Source: a virus. From it: 56,778 bases of DNA. The position numbers were made by a program, and so were the translations under genes. Where the stretch lies: the IMG/VR virus record IMGVR_UViG_3300006188_000003; one strand, 5' to 3'. This document shows positions 14,194-24,545 of this stretch, in pieces. Position 1 is the first letter of the stretch. Each line of letters begins with the position of its first letter. A model generated the notes under the pieces. It was given only the letters and a program-made list of their open reading frames with translations. It was not told where the DNA came from and searched no databases.

Positions 14194-15345
14194 ATGGCAG
14201 GTCGCAATATCAAAGAAGGACTCGATTATTTTAGGCTCGACGTAAATTATGGAACAGAGGATGCCGTGGAGCTGATAGACAGCGAATTCGGTCCCCCAGG
14301 TTTTAGGATCATTACAAAGCTCTTGCAGCGCATCTATGCAAAGAAGGGCTACTATATAGAATGGAATGAAAAGAGACGCATCCTGTTTGCCAGTGCGGTC
14401 AAAGAAAAGGCTTCGCTGGTCGACGAGGTAGTCGCCAGGTCTGTTAAATGGGGTCTCTTCAATGAGGCTGTATTTAACAAGTTTGGGATTCTCACGAGCG
14501 CGGACATTCAAATTAACTACTTAGATGCTGCGAAGCGGCGCGACAGGGTTGATATCATCCGTGAAATTTCACTCAGTAGCATTGCTGCATACGAAAATGC
14601 AAATTATGTCACCATCAATTCAATTTGTGTCAACATAAATGCACAGAGTAGAGTAGAGGAGAGTAAAGAAGAGAATAGTAGAGAAGAGGAAAGGAGTAAT
14701 GGGGCGCCGCTGGCGCCAAGCGAGCCAAAAAAAAGGAATAAAGTCGAACGAAAGCCCTTTATTGCACCTACCGTCGCTGAAGTCAGGCAGTATTTCCTTT
14801 CCACCATCGGCCAGCCAGATCATCCTCGCCACTGGCCAGAGGACAAATGCCGCAACGAAGCCGATACTTTCTTCGATCATTATAAAACAAATGGCTGGGT
14901 ACAGGGCAGAGGCAAGCCTATCAAGGACTGGCAGGCCGCCGTCCGTAACTGGATCCGGAATGGCATCAAGGGTGTTTTTGAAAAAGCTGGGCCGGCGAAA
15001 AAAGACGGTGCTCCTGTGTCGCACTCTCGACCTGCCGAGGCACCACCGGCCCTTAATGAACTGCAGACGGAATTGAACTACCTGTTTGAGCGGTGGACAG
15101 AAGATCCTGCCCAGGTCACGGTGATCAGCATCAAAGCCGACCATTACAACCTCCTGAAAAGCGCACACATGATCGCATTCAGCGAAGCAGAGGTCGGGAA
15201 GATTCGCGGACTGACGCAATCACACATGCTGCAGCACGGTCTGGAGGGGCCGATCGCAGAAACCCGGCTGATGAAGGCTTACGGGGTAATGGAATTTTTC
15301 AAACAACTTAAGGGACAAGAAAAGGAGGCTGTTTTCATACCATGA
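14194..15345 (+). CDS. DUF4373-type phage replication initiation / replisome-organiser-like protein
   Basis: The N-terminus GLDYFRLDVNYGTEDAVELIDSEFGPPGFRIITKLLQRIYAKKGYYIEW is typical of the Lin1244/Lin1753-like N-domain. The C-terminal part carries a DnaD-like DWQAAVRNWIRNG motif. Confidence 0.6.
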   Translation: MAGRNIKEGLDYFRLDVNYGTEDAVELIDSEFGPPGFRIITKLLQRIYAKKGYYIEWNEKRRILFASAVKEKASLVDEVVARSVKWGLFNEAVFNKFGILTSADIQINYLDAAKRRDRVDIIREISLSSIAAYENANYVTINSICVNINAQSRVEESKEENSREEERSNGAPLAPSEPKKRNKVERKPFIAPTVAEVRQYFLSTIGQPDHPRHWPEDKCRNEADTFFDHYKTNGWVQGRGKPIKDWQAAVRNWIRNGIKGVFEKAGPAKKDGAPVSHSRPAEAPPALNELQTELNYLFERWTEDPAQVTVISIKADHYNLLKSAHMIAFSEAEVGKIRGLTQSHMLQHGLEGPIAETRLMKAYGVMEFFKQLKGQEKEAVFIP

Positions 15346-15776
15346 AAAGATACGAATACTACATAGGTATTGATACGGGCGTGGTGACCGGCTATGCGGA
15401 ATGGCATAAACCCTCTCGCTCTTTGCTACGGGTTGAGGCAACCATGATCCACCGCGCCATGGAGCGAGTCAAACACCTGAAGGATTCCGGATTCGACTTC
15501 TTTGTGCGCCTGGAGGACGCCCGATTGCGGAAGTGGATCCCCCGTATGGAGACTGATTCGCGGGAGCGGGGTCGCCGCGAGGGTGCTGGTAGCGTCAAGC
15601 GTGACGCCAGTATCTGGGAAGATTACCTCACCGATCTGGGCATCCCTTTCGAGCTGGTTGCCCCCAAGTATAACAGGACAAAGGTGACGCATGACTATTT
15701 TGTCCGCCTCACCCGGTGGAACAAACCCACAAACGAACACGGCAGGGACGCAGCGACGCTCGTCTTCGGCCTTTAA
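15342..15776 (+). CDS. RuvC-like Holliday junction resolvase
   Basis: YYIGIDTGVVTGYA (catalytic Asp), RLEDAR and NEHGRDAATLVFG at the C-terminus. Confidence 0.65.
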   Translation: MKRYEYYIGIDTGVVTGYAEWHKPSRSLLRVEATMIHRAMERVKHLKDSGFDFFVRLEDARLRKWIPRMETDSRERGRREGAGSVKRDASIWEDYLTDLGIPFELVAPKYNRTKVTHDYFVRLTRWNKPTNEHGRDAATLVFGL

Positions 15777-15786
15777 AATCAATTTA

Positions 15787-16104
15787 ATGAGCAAACACGA
15801 ACCACTTGCCGAGATTAGAATATTCGCCCACCTGCGGGAGTACGGGACGTTTATCGCCCGGCATAAGTCTACAAAGAAGTCTTGTGACTCTCTGGTAGAG
15901 AAGGGCAAGGCTATCGCCGGCGACATGCGATTACAGAGGTGGGAGTACCTGTTGCCAGAAGAGTGGAAAAAGTCTGAGAAAAAAGCCCCTTACCTCCGCG
16001 CGGTCCAGCCTGATCCTCCCGAGGAGAAGATCAACCGTCCGCCCGCCTTGTACAGCAACCGCTCCCACGAGGAGCTTATTGACTACATTTTAAAAAGTTA
16101 CTGA
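15787..16104 (+). CDS. Hypothetical protein
   Basis: ATG 15787 chosen (MSKHEPLAEIRIF...). The upstream part of the track ORF overlaps the resolvase. Confidence 0.55.
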   Translation: MSKHEPLAEIRIFAHLREYGTFIARHKSTKKSCDSLVEKGKAIAGDMRLQRWEYLLPEEWKKSEKKAPYLRAVQPDPPEEKINRPPALYSNRSHEELIDYILKSY

Positions 16105-17312
16105 TGATGGAGCTAACAGCCAGGCAGAAGGACTTTTTGGCGGCCGTCCACGCCCGAGAGAATATCTTTCTTACGGGGAAGGCCGGTACCGGCAAATCCT
16201 TCATTGTCCGGCAAGTCATCGATGACCTGAAGGAGGCGGGCCGTAAGGTCGTGGCAGTTGCCCCGACTGGGATCGCCGCCAACAACATTGACGGCCAGAC
16301 GATCCACTCCATGTTCAGCGTTCCGCCGTTCGGCGTGATGGACTACAAGTGCTGCAATTTCTTAAAGCCCGGCATGCGGGAGGTCCTGCAGAAGGCGGAC
16401 ACTTTCGTGATTGACGAGGTGAGCATGCTGCGCCCGGATCTGCTGGATGCGATGAACTGGACTCTGGCCAAGAACGGGCTCCTGCGCCTCACGGATCGCC
16501 AGGTGATCTTCGTAGGTGACCTCAAGCAGCTGCCTCCTATTCTCAATGACAATACCCGCTCCGTCCTCTATCAGACGTATAACGGCCACACGTTCACCTA
16601 CGCCCAGATCTACGAGCGGCTCAATGTCCGGACGATCGAGCTAGACGAAGTTCGCCGGCAGGATGATCCCGATTTCATCGAGGCCCTGAATGTTATCCGC
16701 GATGGCGGCAAGCATCCTTACTTCCGACAATTTGTCCACCATGAGCCCAAAGGAGTCGTTCTGGCGCCGCATAACGCTACGGCACAGGAATACAACGATG
16801 CCGGTCTCGAGGCCCAGGAAGGGAAGCTCTTGACCTTTTGTGCTACGATCTCAGGATCTGCCAAGCCCCAGGACTTCACCCTGGAGCAGGAGATCCGGAT
16901 CAAGCATGGCTGCAAAGTCATGTACCTGGTGAACAGCGAGAACAACCCGCTGCGCAACGGCACCCTTGGTACGTTTGTCGTTCGTGATGACAATTTTTTC
17001 ATCAAGGTCGGCGGCGTCGACTATGAGATGGAGAAGGTCACCCAGACCAAAAAGGAATATGTCTACAACAAGGAGAGTGATACGCTGGAGCTGGAGGAGC
17101 TGGGCAGCATTACACAATACCCGATCAAGCTCGCCTACGCCCTGAGCATCCATAAATCCCAGGGCCTGACCTTCGATGAGGTTACGTTAGATCTCCGGCG
17201 CCCCTGCTTCCAAAAAGAGCAATTGTACGTGGCTCTCAGTAGGGTAAGGACGCCAGAAGGTCTAAGGATCATTACTTCCTCTACTTCCTCAGCAAGTGGT
17301 AGATCAGGATAA
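16104..17312 (+). CDS. Pif1/RecD-like SF1 DNA helicase
   Basis: Walker A LTGKAGTGKSF, VIDEVSMLRPD, and C-terminal YALSIHKSQGLTFDEV and LYVALSRVR. Confidence 0.8.
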   Translation: MMELTARQKDFLAAVHARENIFLTGKAGTGKSFIVRQVIDDLKEAGRKVVAVAPTGIAANNIDGQTIHSMFSVPPFGVMDYKCCNFLKPGMREVLQKADTFVIDEVSMLRPDLLDAMNWTLAKNGLLRLTDRQVIFVGDLKQLPPILNDNTRSVLYQTYNGHTFTYAQIYERLNVRTIELDEVRRQDDPDFIEALNVIRDGGKHPYFRQFVHHEPKGVVLAPHNATAQEYNDAGLEAQEGKLLTFCATISGSAKPQDFTLEQEIRIKHGCKVMYLVNSENNPLRNGTLGTFVVRDDNFFIKVGGVDYEMEKVTQTKKEYVYNKESDTLELEELGSITQYPIKLAYALSIHKSQGLTFDEVTLDLRRPCFQKEQLYVALSRVRTPEGLRIITSSTSSASGRSG

Positions 17313-17440
17313 GGATTTCAGCGATCAGCTTCCAATTGGTACTAAAAAACTTTTTCATTTTTAAAAAGGGGTGTTTATAAGGCCCCGTATTCTTAAATAT
17401 TGAGGTCGAATAGGGAAAATCGATTTTTTACCCGATTCTC

Positions 17441-17899
17441 ATGAAAAATATTTTCAAAATGGCCATCAACATCAAAAACTACACAACCGAGGTCGCGGCC
17501 TCTAAGAGCATCGAGGCAATCGAGAGGCTCCTGGTCGAATTCGGCGCTACGAACATCATGAAGGAATACGGCCCAGGCGGTCGGGTGATTCAGATATCCT
17601 TTATTATCGTCGTGGAGAACATGAGGCTCCCATTCCGCCTTCCCGCCAAGGTGAAGGAGGTTTACGTCTGGCTTAAAAAGAAGTTCCCCCAGCGCAAGGA
17701 CGCGACGCTCCTGGAGCAGGCTGAGCGGGTGGTCTGGAAACAGCTATGGGACTGGGTGCATATTACCCTTTCAGGGATCCAGCTGGAGCAGCTGGAGACG
17801 CTGGAAGCTCTTTTTCCGTATTTATATGAGATCGAAAAGAATCAGACGTACTACCAGCGGATAAAGCAGACAAAATTCAAGGCCCTATTGCCTGGGTGA
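17441..17899 (+). CDS. Hypothetical protein
   Basis: 152-aa ATG ORF, the last gene of the rightward early block. Confidence 0.6.
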   Translation: MKNIFKMAINIKNYTTEVAASKSIEAIERLLVEFGATNIMKEYGPGGRVIQISFIIVVENMRLPFRLPAKVKEVYVWLKKKFPQRKDATLLEQAERVVWKQLWDWVHITLSGIQLEQLETLEALFPYLYEIEKNQTYYQRIKQTKFKALLPG

Positions 17900-17901
17900 G
17901 A

Positions 17902-18603
17902 TTATGCTTCGGCTTCTGGCCCCATTACGTACTCGTAAGTATTGTTAAATGTAATCAAGAGAGTTCCAGCTATGACGAATATAACGAAGAGTGACCTCGC
18001 TAATGAGCTCCTGGACTTCAATTTCTTTATTCTCCGATATGCCAAAGTAATAACCTTATCGTGGTTATCTGAAATCCAATTCTTCTCCCTAATGAGGAGT
18101 TGCTGGATTTGGGAGTCATCTTTTTTGTCGTCGAGGACCTTCAGGTTCTTTGTAGCGGTCCGGTACTGGTCTTCGGCATCTTCGACACTTACATCGCCGA
18201 TAAGCATCCTGGCAGTAGTAAGATGAAGAGAGTAAATACTTGACAGTTCTTGAGAGGCAGCCACCCGCTGTTTGTCTTTTAGTAGATTAGTATCGCTTGC
18301 TTGGACGCTGGTGAAATATGCGAATGTCAGCCGCCAGTCATTATCCACACCGAGTTCCCTTATCCTCATAAATTCAGTCACATTGCTATTCAGTTCATCA
18401 ATTTCATCCTTGTTATTTTCGACTATGAACGTCTGGGTCCACCAGCTCCCTGCGATCAGTATAGATCCTATAATAATTAGGGATTTCTTCCGAGCGCTGA
18501 TCTTGAGCCTTCTCTGTAAGGAGGGATGCCTGGGTTGGGGTTGCTGTTTTGCGGATGCAGGTTGATGACGTTGACCCTTCCCGGGGTTGTAGGCTTTAGC
18601 CAT
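17902..18603 (-). CDS. Reverse-oriented membrane protein with N- and C-terminal TM helices (moron; candidate exclusion/abortive-infection factor)
   Basis: LIIIGSILIAGSWWTQTFIV and SLFVIFVIAGTLLITF flank a domain of about 150 aa. Visibly AT-rich compared with its neighbours. It is the only minus-strand gene in the central 25 kb. Confidence 0.7.
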   Translation of the reverse strand: MAKAYNPGKGQRHQPASAKQQPQPRHPSLQRRLKISARKKSLIIIGSILIAGSWWTQTFIVENNKDEIDELNSNVTEFMRIRELGVDNDWRLTFAYFTSVQASDTNLLKDKQRVAASQELSSIYSLHLTTARMLIGDVSVEDAEDQYRTATKNLKVLDDKKDDSQIQQLLIREKNWISDNHDKVITLAYRRIKKLKSRSSLARSLFVIFVIAGTLLITFNNTYEYVMGPEAEA

Positions 18604-18676
18604 AGAACAGTGTTTAAGGTTAATGAATTGGGGTTCATGAAAGTATGCAAAAAATTACACCCGTTAAAATCTAAAT

Positions 18677-18892
18677 ATGAACTACTTCAGCAAGAACATC
18701 ACCCATCTGAGAAACAAGAAAAATAGGACCCAGCAAGAGATCGCTGATGCTCTCGGCGTGAAATTGAAACGTTACCAGGCCTGGGAGGAAGGAAGAGCGC
18801 TCCCGCGACTGCCGCTGCTCCTTAAGCTGTGTGAACTACACGGTAAATTCGACCTTGCTCAGCTGACCAAGGCCGACCTAACGGTCTCGTAA
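18677..18892 (+). CDS. XRE-family HTH protein
   Basis: ITHLRNKKNRTQQEIADALGVKLKRYQAWEEGRALP. Divergent from 17902..18603. Confidence 0.75.
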   Translation: MNYFSKNITHLRNKKNRTQQEIADALGVKLKRYQAWEEGRALPRLPLLLKLCELHGKFDLAQLTKADLTVS

Positions 18893-18961
18893 AGCCTAAT
18901 CTATTTAGGTTTATTTGCAGCATCATGAAAAGAGAGGTTATTTTACAATAATCTTCTTTTC

Positions 18962-19450
18962 ATGCTCGCTGTACACAGCAATAAAGATCTTGCTCTTTTA
19001 GGTCGCCTTCTGCTGGATAGACATCCCCAGGTGGCGCAGGATCTGCTGTCTGACTTTCGCGCATCCACGGTCGATCCCCTTGAAACGGACCTTTCCCTTA
19101 TTCCCATCTATTTCGCGCAGTTCTGCTATTTGCGTGAGACACCCTCCACTCTTGTTCAGCAGGCAAAGTATAACCGGGACCTGAACCACGCTAAGCGGCT
19201 GTTCATTGGTGCCGTGCTGTCTATTTACTTTCCCTCCGCCTTAAAAAGTCCGGATCGCCTTAGCAGAACCCATACCGGGATCATTGACAGGCTCTCCGAT
19301 GTCTTAAGGATCACCAACGGAAGTGTGAGCAGGCTGGTACATGCAGCCATCTTCAACTACAAGGTGTACGATAGCTTCCGCCTGGAAGTAGTCGACCTCA
19401 CCGATAAACTGCACTCATATGGCAAAGATTCGAAATCGCAAATTAACTGA
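18962..19450 (+). CDS. Hypothetical protein
   Basis: 162-aa ATG ORF. Confidence 0.6.
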   Translation: MLAVHSNKDLALLGRLLLDRHPQVAQDLLSDFRASTVDPLETDLSLIPIYFAQFCYLRETPSTLVQQAKYNRDLNHAKRLFIGAVLSIYFPSALKSPDRLSRTHTGIIDRLSDVLRITNGSVSRLVHAAIFNYKVYDSFRLEVVDLTDKLHSYGKDSKSQIN

Positions 19451-20009
19451 CCTGCATTTTGACAATGCGAATATCAACAAAGGCACTCCGTTCGGTATGG
19501 GGCTACTCGAACGATCCGTACAGGAAGTGGGCCTTGCCCGTAGCGTGGTCACCGACAAGCACGATGTTCTCATTGCTGGCAATAAGACTACCCAAATCGC
19601 TGGCCAGCTGGGCGTGGAAAAGGTCGTCGAGGTAGAAACAGACGGTACGGAGCTCATCGTCGTCAAACGGAAGGACCTGGACATCAACAGTCCGATGGGC
19701 GCCAAGGCGAAGATCCTGGACAACACCGTATCGCGTCACAACTACGTAGAGGATGCCCAGCTGGTCGCAGCTGTCTGCGAAACTGCTGAGATCATGAACA
19801 TTCACACGTATGGTTTGGGTGAACGGCCTGACCGCCCCGATGAGGATCCCGAGCCCGAGCGCGTATCTTTTTCGGCCAGCACCAAGGCGGTAATAAAGGT
19901 AGAGCTGCCCTCCCGGGATGATCTCGCCGATGCCGAACGCGATATCAACTACTTGATGAAGCAGAAATACCCTGGCGCCACCGTCACGGTGAAAGGGGGT
20001 AAGTCATGA
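19419..20009 (+). CDS. ParB-like nuclease-domain protein upstream of terminase
   Basis: VVTDKHDVLIAGNKTTQIAGQLGVEKV resembles the ParB N-domain core. This is the usual position upstream of terS. Confidence 0.5.
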   Translation: MAKIRNRKLTDLHFDNANINKGTPFGMGLLERSVQEVGLARSVVTDKHDVLIAGNKTTQIAGQLGVEKVVEVETDGTELIVVKRKDLDINSPMGAKAKILDNTVSRHNYVEDAQLVAAVCETAEIMNIHTYGLGERPDRPDEDPEPERVSFSASTKAVIKVELPSRDDLADAERDINYLMKQKYPGATVTVKGGKS

Positions 20010-20572
20010 CACCGGACAAGCCAACAAAGCCGCTCACACTGAGACATCAACGCTTCATCAAATTAATGATAGAAGTGGTTGATTTACAAGGGCAGATTAA
20101 AGCCTATCAAAAGTGTTTTCCCAATTGCAAGAAGAGAGCAGCCGCAGAGACAGCGAGTTATAGGTTGCTAAAGAATGTTCAGATTCGGGAAGCGATCGAT
20201 GCCGGTAAGCGTGAGAAGGAGGAAACGATCCGCGAAGCCAAGCGTCAGGAACGCATCCGACTGGCGCAAGAGCAGGTCGCTCACGAGTTCGAGCTGGATG
20301 CGATCCTGTCGTCTATAGCCACCGGTACAAGGACCCGCAAGAAGAAGGCTGCTATCTGGAACCCAGAGAACAAAAAGTTCGAGATTATCGTGATCGAGGA
20401 GGAGCCTACGGAGACCGACATCATCTCAGCCGCGGACAAACTTTACAAACGCAAGGGGTCGTATGCGCCCACTACCCTGAAGCATGAAGGCGGCGATGCC
20501 TTCCTCCAGTACATGAAAGAGGTGGCTGCACTTAAAAAGGAAGCGAATGTTCAGCAAGGAAGCCCTGCATAA
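20006..20572 (+). CDS. terS: Terminase small subunit
   Basis: LTLRHQRFIKLMI...AYQKCFPNCKKRAAAETASYRLLKNVQIREAI fits the Terminase_2 pattern. Overlaps terL. Confidence 0.7.
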   Translation: MTPDKPTKPLTLRHQRFIKLMIEVVDLQGQIKAYQKCFPNCKKRAAAETASYRLLKNVQIREAIDAGKREKEETIREAKRQERIRLAQEQVAHEFELDAILSSIATGTRTRKKKAAIWNPENKKFEIIVIEEEPTETDIISAADKLYKRKGSYAPTTLKHEGGDAFLQYMKEVAALKKEANVQQGSPA

Positions 20573-22142
20573 ATGGATCGACTACCAGGAGGACTGGAAC
20601 TACTTCTGTTCAGATTACCTAAAGATTAGGCTGGACCAGGAGCAGCAGGACGCCCTGCACGGGATCCAGCACAACCACAAGACGGCGATTGCTTCCGGAA
20701 CCAGCCGCGGCAAAGACTACCTGATGGCAGCAGCTGCCATCTGCTTCCTATACCTGACACCTGAATTCGACGATAGGACCGGCAAGCTGATAGGGAATAC
20801 GAAGGTAATCCTGACGGGCCCCACCCAGCGCCAGGTGGAGAAGATCATCATGCCGGAGATCAGCCGCATTTTCCGCAACAGCATATACCTGCCAGGCGCG
20901 CTCACTGGGCAGAACATTCGGACCCCTTTTGAAGAATGGTTCCTGACGGCATTTAAAGCGGATGACAAGAACGTGGAAAGCTGGACGGGCTTCCATGCCG
21001 TTAATATGTTCATCGGCGTCACGGAGGCGACAGGCCTGGCACAATTAATTTTCGACTCCATCGAAGGCAACCTGCAGGGCAATAGCCGGCTGGTGCTTGT
21101 GTTCAATAGGAATACCAATACCGGGTACGCTGCCAACGCCATGAAGTCACCCGCATTCAAGAAGTTCCGGCTGAATTCCCTCAATGCCCCCAATGTCGTC
21201 GCCAAAAAGGTTATCTACCCTGGCCAAGTGGACTATCATTGGATAAACGAAATGGTGAACGAATGGTGTGTGGTTATCGATAAAAAGGATATGAGCGCCT
21301 TGGAGGGTGACTTCGAATGGGAAGGCGCCTGCTATCGCCCCAATGATCTGTTCCGCTCCAAGATCCTCGCCCTTGCCCCCCGGATCAGCGAGGGTGTCCT
21401 GGTGCCGATGGAGTGGATCGAGTTAGCCAATGCCCGATGGGAGGACTTTAACAGGAAGCGTAAACCGATCGAGAAACCTTTGCGCCTCGGCTCCGACGTG
21501 GCCGGCATGGGCAGGGACAATTCCTGTAACTGCTTCCGTTATGGAAATTATGTGCAGAAGTTCGAGCTGAAGGAGAGCGGAGGCACCGCGAACCACATGG
21601 AGGTGACAGGCGGCATTGTAAGCGTTATGCGTGCCGGCCTTGACAAATACCACGGAAAATATCCACAGGCCTTTATCGATACGATAGGCGAAGGGGCGGG
21701 CTGTTATAGCCGTCTGGTGGAACTACCAGCGGAGAAAAAGGACAATGAGTTCCTGAAGGATCGGGTCCACAGTGCGAAGTTCTCTAATGCTGCGAAAGAT
21801 GCCACTGGCAATCCCATGAAGGACTTCACCCTTCAATATGAATTCCTCAACATGCGGGCCTGGCTGTATTGGTCAGTCCGTGACTGGTTGGATCCCAACA
21901 AAGGATCGGAAGCTATGCTGCCACCCGACGACTACCTTGCGCAGGAGCTGTCGGAAACGATGTGGAAGTTTCGCTCCAACGGTCATATACAGATTGAGGA
22001 GAAGGAAGAAATCAAAAAGCGCCTGAAGCGGTCGCCCGATCGGGCGGACAGCCTGGCGCTGACCTTCTGGCCTGTCCCCGACGTGGATCCGCGGCCAGAG
22101 AAGCGGATGTCAGCGGCGCAATATTTAGGAGGATTACCTTAA
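20547..22142 (+). CDS. terL: Terminase large subunit
   Basis: 531 aa. Walker-A-like SGTSRGKD and Walker-B-like MFIGVTEA. Positioned between terS and the portal. Confidence 0.75.
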   Translation: MFSKEALHKWIDYQEDWNYFCSDYLKIRLDQEQQDALHGIQHNHKTAIASGTSRGKDYLMAAAAICFLYLTPEFDDRTGKLIGNTKVILTGPTQRQVEKIIMPEISRIFRNSIYLPGALTGQNIRTPFEEWFLTAFKADDKNVESWTGFHAVNMFIGVTEATGLAQLIFDSIEGNLQGNSRLVLVFNRNTNTGYAANAMKSPAFKKFRLNSLNAPNVVAKKVIYPGQVDYHWINEMVNEWCVVIDKKDMSALEGDFEWEGACYRPNDLFRSKILALAPRISEGVLVPMEWIELANARWEDFNRKRKPIEKPLRLGSDVAGMGRDNSCNCFRYGNYVQKFELKESGGTANHMEVTGGIVSVMRAGLDKYHGKYPQAFIDTIGEGAGCYSRLVELPAEKKDNEFLKDRVHSAKFSNAAKDATGNPMKDFTLQYEFLNMRAWLYWSVRDWLDPNKGSEAMLPPDDYLAQELSETMWKFRSNGHIQIEEKEEIKKRLKRSPDRADSLALTFWPVPDVDPRPEKRMSAAQYLGGLP

Positions 22143-22153
22143 AAATTTATTAT

Positions 22154-22621
22154 ATGGCAAAAAAGACTGAACGAAACAAATCCGAGGTGGAAGTCAAATT
22201 GCTTACGCCACCACTGCCAGGGAGCAAGCGGCAGCAGTCCAAAGGTCCGACGTGGCCAGAAATGGTGAAAGAGCAGACGGATACGCAGCACCTCAATTCT
22301 CCAGTCGGTTTCCAACCTGAACAACCCGCAGAAGCCCCAATGTTACTGACGCTGCCCCCACTTCCTGCACCCACGGAGCTGATCCAGGAGCCCTCCCGTT
22401 ACTTTATTCATGCGACCATCACCTTTTTTGAGGCGGGTTATCAGGAAATTTCTGTTGCCGGGGTTCGCACGCTGAGCGACGAGGATCTGGATCGTATCGA
22501 TGAACGCATTCATGGCCTTTTCGAGACGCAGATCAGTGCGGCGCTCAAGAAGTTCAAGGCCAGCTGGATGGGTCTGCCTGACGACTCCGGCCTTTTCATC
22601 AACACTATTAACCGGCTGTAA
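22154..22621 (+). CDS. Hypothetical protein
   Basis: 155-aa ATG ORF between terL and the portal. Confidence 0.6.
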   Translation: MAKKTERNKSEVEVKLLTPPLPGSKRQQSKGPTWPEMVKEQTDTQHLNSPVGFQPEQPAEAPMLLTLPPLPAPTELIQEPSRYFIHATITFFEAGYQEISVAGVRTLSDEDLDRIDERIHGLFETQISAALKKFKASWMGLPDDSGLFINTINRL

Positions 22622-22641
22622 GGCCACAAATACTTTCAACT

Positions 22642-24027
22642 ATGGAAATCGAAGAAATAACCACCCTTCTACCGGATTATAAAAAGCTGATGGATGCGAT
22701 CGTCAAGCAAACGCCGGAGATCGATCATACCTTGTATGCCAAACAGTACGACAGCGAGCAGCACGAAATTGTCACCCGCCCCGACAAGACGGTGACGACA
22801 GATGAGGGCACATCACAGGTGATTGTCACGAAGGTGAGCATCAACGACCAGCAGCGAATCGTCAATTCCGCCGTAGCCTTTCTTTGTGGCAAGCCTATAC
22901 GACTTTCCGCTAACCCGAAGGAGCAGGTGGAAAAGGATCTTCTGCAGGTCCTACAGAAAACCTGGGACGATAACAAACTGGATTATGCCAACCAGGAGCT
23001 GGCAAGGCTGATGATGTCAGAGACGGAGTGTGCTGAGATTTGGTATAGCGTACCCTGCAGTCCGGATTACTGGGCCGGAACGCCAATGGAGGGCGCCAGG
23101 GCTCGCTTTCGCATGAAGATCCTCGCCTATTCGAAGGGTGATACCCTTTGCCCGGTATTCAATAAATACGGGGATATGGTGGCTTTTGGCAGAGGGTACA
23201 AGTTGAAAGTAGGAGATAAGCTAGAGGAGCACTTCGATATTTACACGGAGGCGAAGACGTACTTGGGCGTGAATCAGGCGAATACCTGGGTGGCCACAGA
23301 AGAGGCGGTACCTGCCGGCAAAATAGGAGTGATGTATTATTGGCAGGCCAGGCCCGAATGGTGGCCTTCTCAGCGGGCAATTGATCGCCGGGAGCTCGTC
23401 ATCAGCAAACACGGTGACAGCAACGATTACTTCGGGAGCCCGATGATCATTGTCAAAGGCAAGATCGTCTCCTTCTCCAAAAAAGGAGAAGACGGGAAAG
23501 TGATGGAAATTGAACCCGGCGGGGATGTTTCTTCGCTTGCGTGGCCTCAGGCCCCGGAATCGCTGAAGCTGGAGTATGAAAACCTGAAGTCACTCATTAA
23601 CGACCAGACCGATACCCCGGACATTGGGTTCGATACCATGAAAGGACTGGGTGCTGTAGCCAGCGGCACGGCTCTGAAGTTCTTCTTCATGAAGCCGCAT
23701 ATGAAGGCTGCCAGGAATGAGCAGACGCATGGCGAGATCGTCCAACGCCGGATCAACTACCTAAAAACTGCTCTTATCAAGCTCAGCCCGAAACTAGAAA
23801 AGGCAGCAACCTTGTCTATCAAGCCTCTTTATGAGTATTACCTGCCCAAGAACGACCAGGAGATCGTCACGAACCTGTCAACCGCCACCGGTGGCCAGCC
23901 GACCATGAGCCAGGAAACAGCGATAAAGATGAATCCATATGTCCAGGATCCTGAAACTGAACTAGCGAAGATTAAGGACGAGGCCCAGACCTCCGTCTTG
24001 AACCAGCCACCTCCCGGAACCAATTAA
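22642..24027 (+). CDS. Portal protein (SPP1 gp6-like by size and position)
   Basis: 461 aa, directly downstream of the terminase and upstream of the Mu-F-like head protein. Confidence 0.7.
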   Translation: MEIEEITTLLPDYKKLMDAIVKQTPEIDHTLYAKQYDSEQHEIVTRPDKTVTTDEGTSQVIVTKVSINDQQRIVNSAVAFLCGKPIRLSANPKEQVEKDLLQVLQKTWDDNKLDYANQELARLMMSETECAEIWYSVPCSPDYWAGTPMEGARARFRMKILAYSKGDTLCPVFNKYGDMVAFGRGYKLKVGDKLEEHFDIYTEAKTYLGVNQANTWVATEEAVPAGKIGVMYYWQARPEWWPSQRAIDRRELVISKHGDSNDYFGSPMIIVKGKIVSFSKKGEDGKVMEIEPGGDVSSLAWPQAPESLKLEYENLKSLINDQTDTPDIGFDTMKGLGAVASGTALKFFFMKPHMKAARNEQTHGEIVQRRINYLKTALIKLSPKLEKAATLSIKPLYEYYLPKNDQEIVTNLSTATGGQPTMSQETAIKMNPYVQDPETELAKIKDEAQTSVLNQPPPGTN

Positions 24028-24047
24028 ATCACCCAAAACTCTCCACT

Positions 24048-24545
24048 ATGCTCGCAGCTGACTTCCCCGAACGCAATGCCATCTTGGGCAAACCTGATGG
24101 TATGACCGACGAACAGTGCTATGGCCTACCGATCCACCGATACACGAACGAACAAGGCCTGGAATGCGTCCTCAGTAGATGGCGTCCCACCAAGGAAGAC
24201 CTCGCAGAGATGGTCAGGACTGGTGATATTTGGCATCACTCAATCGGGGCAACCGTGTACCCGTTCTGTCTCCTCGCAGATAATCCTTTCTTGCCAGCCA
24301 CCGCTCGATACTGGGAGCCAGGCGTCGGATGCAGCTACGAGCAGGCCTGTGAGGCTGCGATCCTGCTGGCTACGGGTGAAGGGATCGCAGTTGACTTTCC
24401 TTTCAATGGCGTGATGACACGGGTCTATCCTGACAATCGGGCTCCCATTTCCGCATACGTCGAGCTGTACAAGGCAAAGACAATCGTCAACCATTACACG
24501 GACCTCATCAACCACGCCAATGCCAACACTCGACCAGCAGTATGA
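24048..24545 (+). CDS. Hypothetical protein
   Basis: 165-aa ATG ORF. Confidence 0.6.
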   Translation: MLAADFPERNAILGKPDGMTDEQCYGLPIHRYTNEQGLECVLSRWRPTKEDLAEMVRTGDIWHHSIGATVYPFCLLADNPFLPATARYWEPGVGCSYEQACEAAILLATGEGIAVDFPFNGVMTRVYPDNRAPISAYVELYKAKTIVNHYTDLINHANANTRPAV

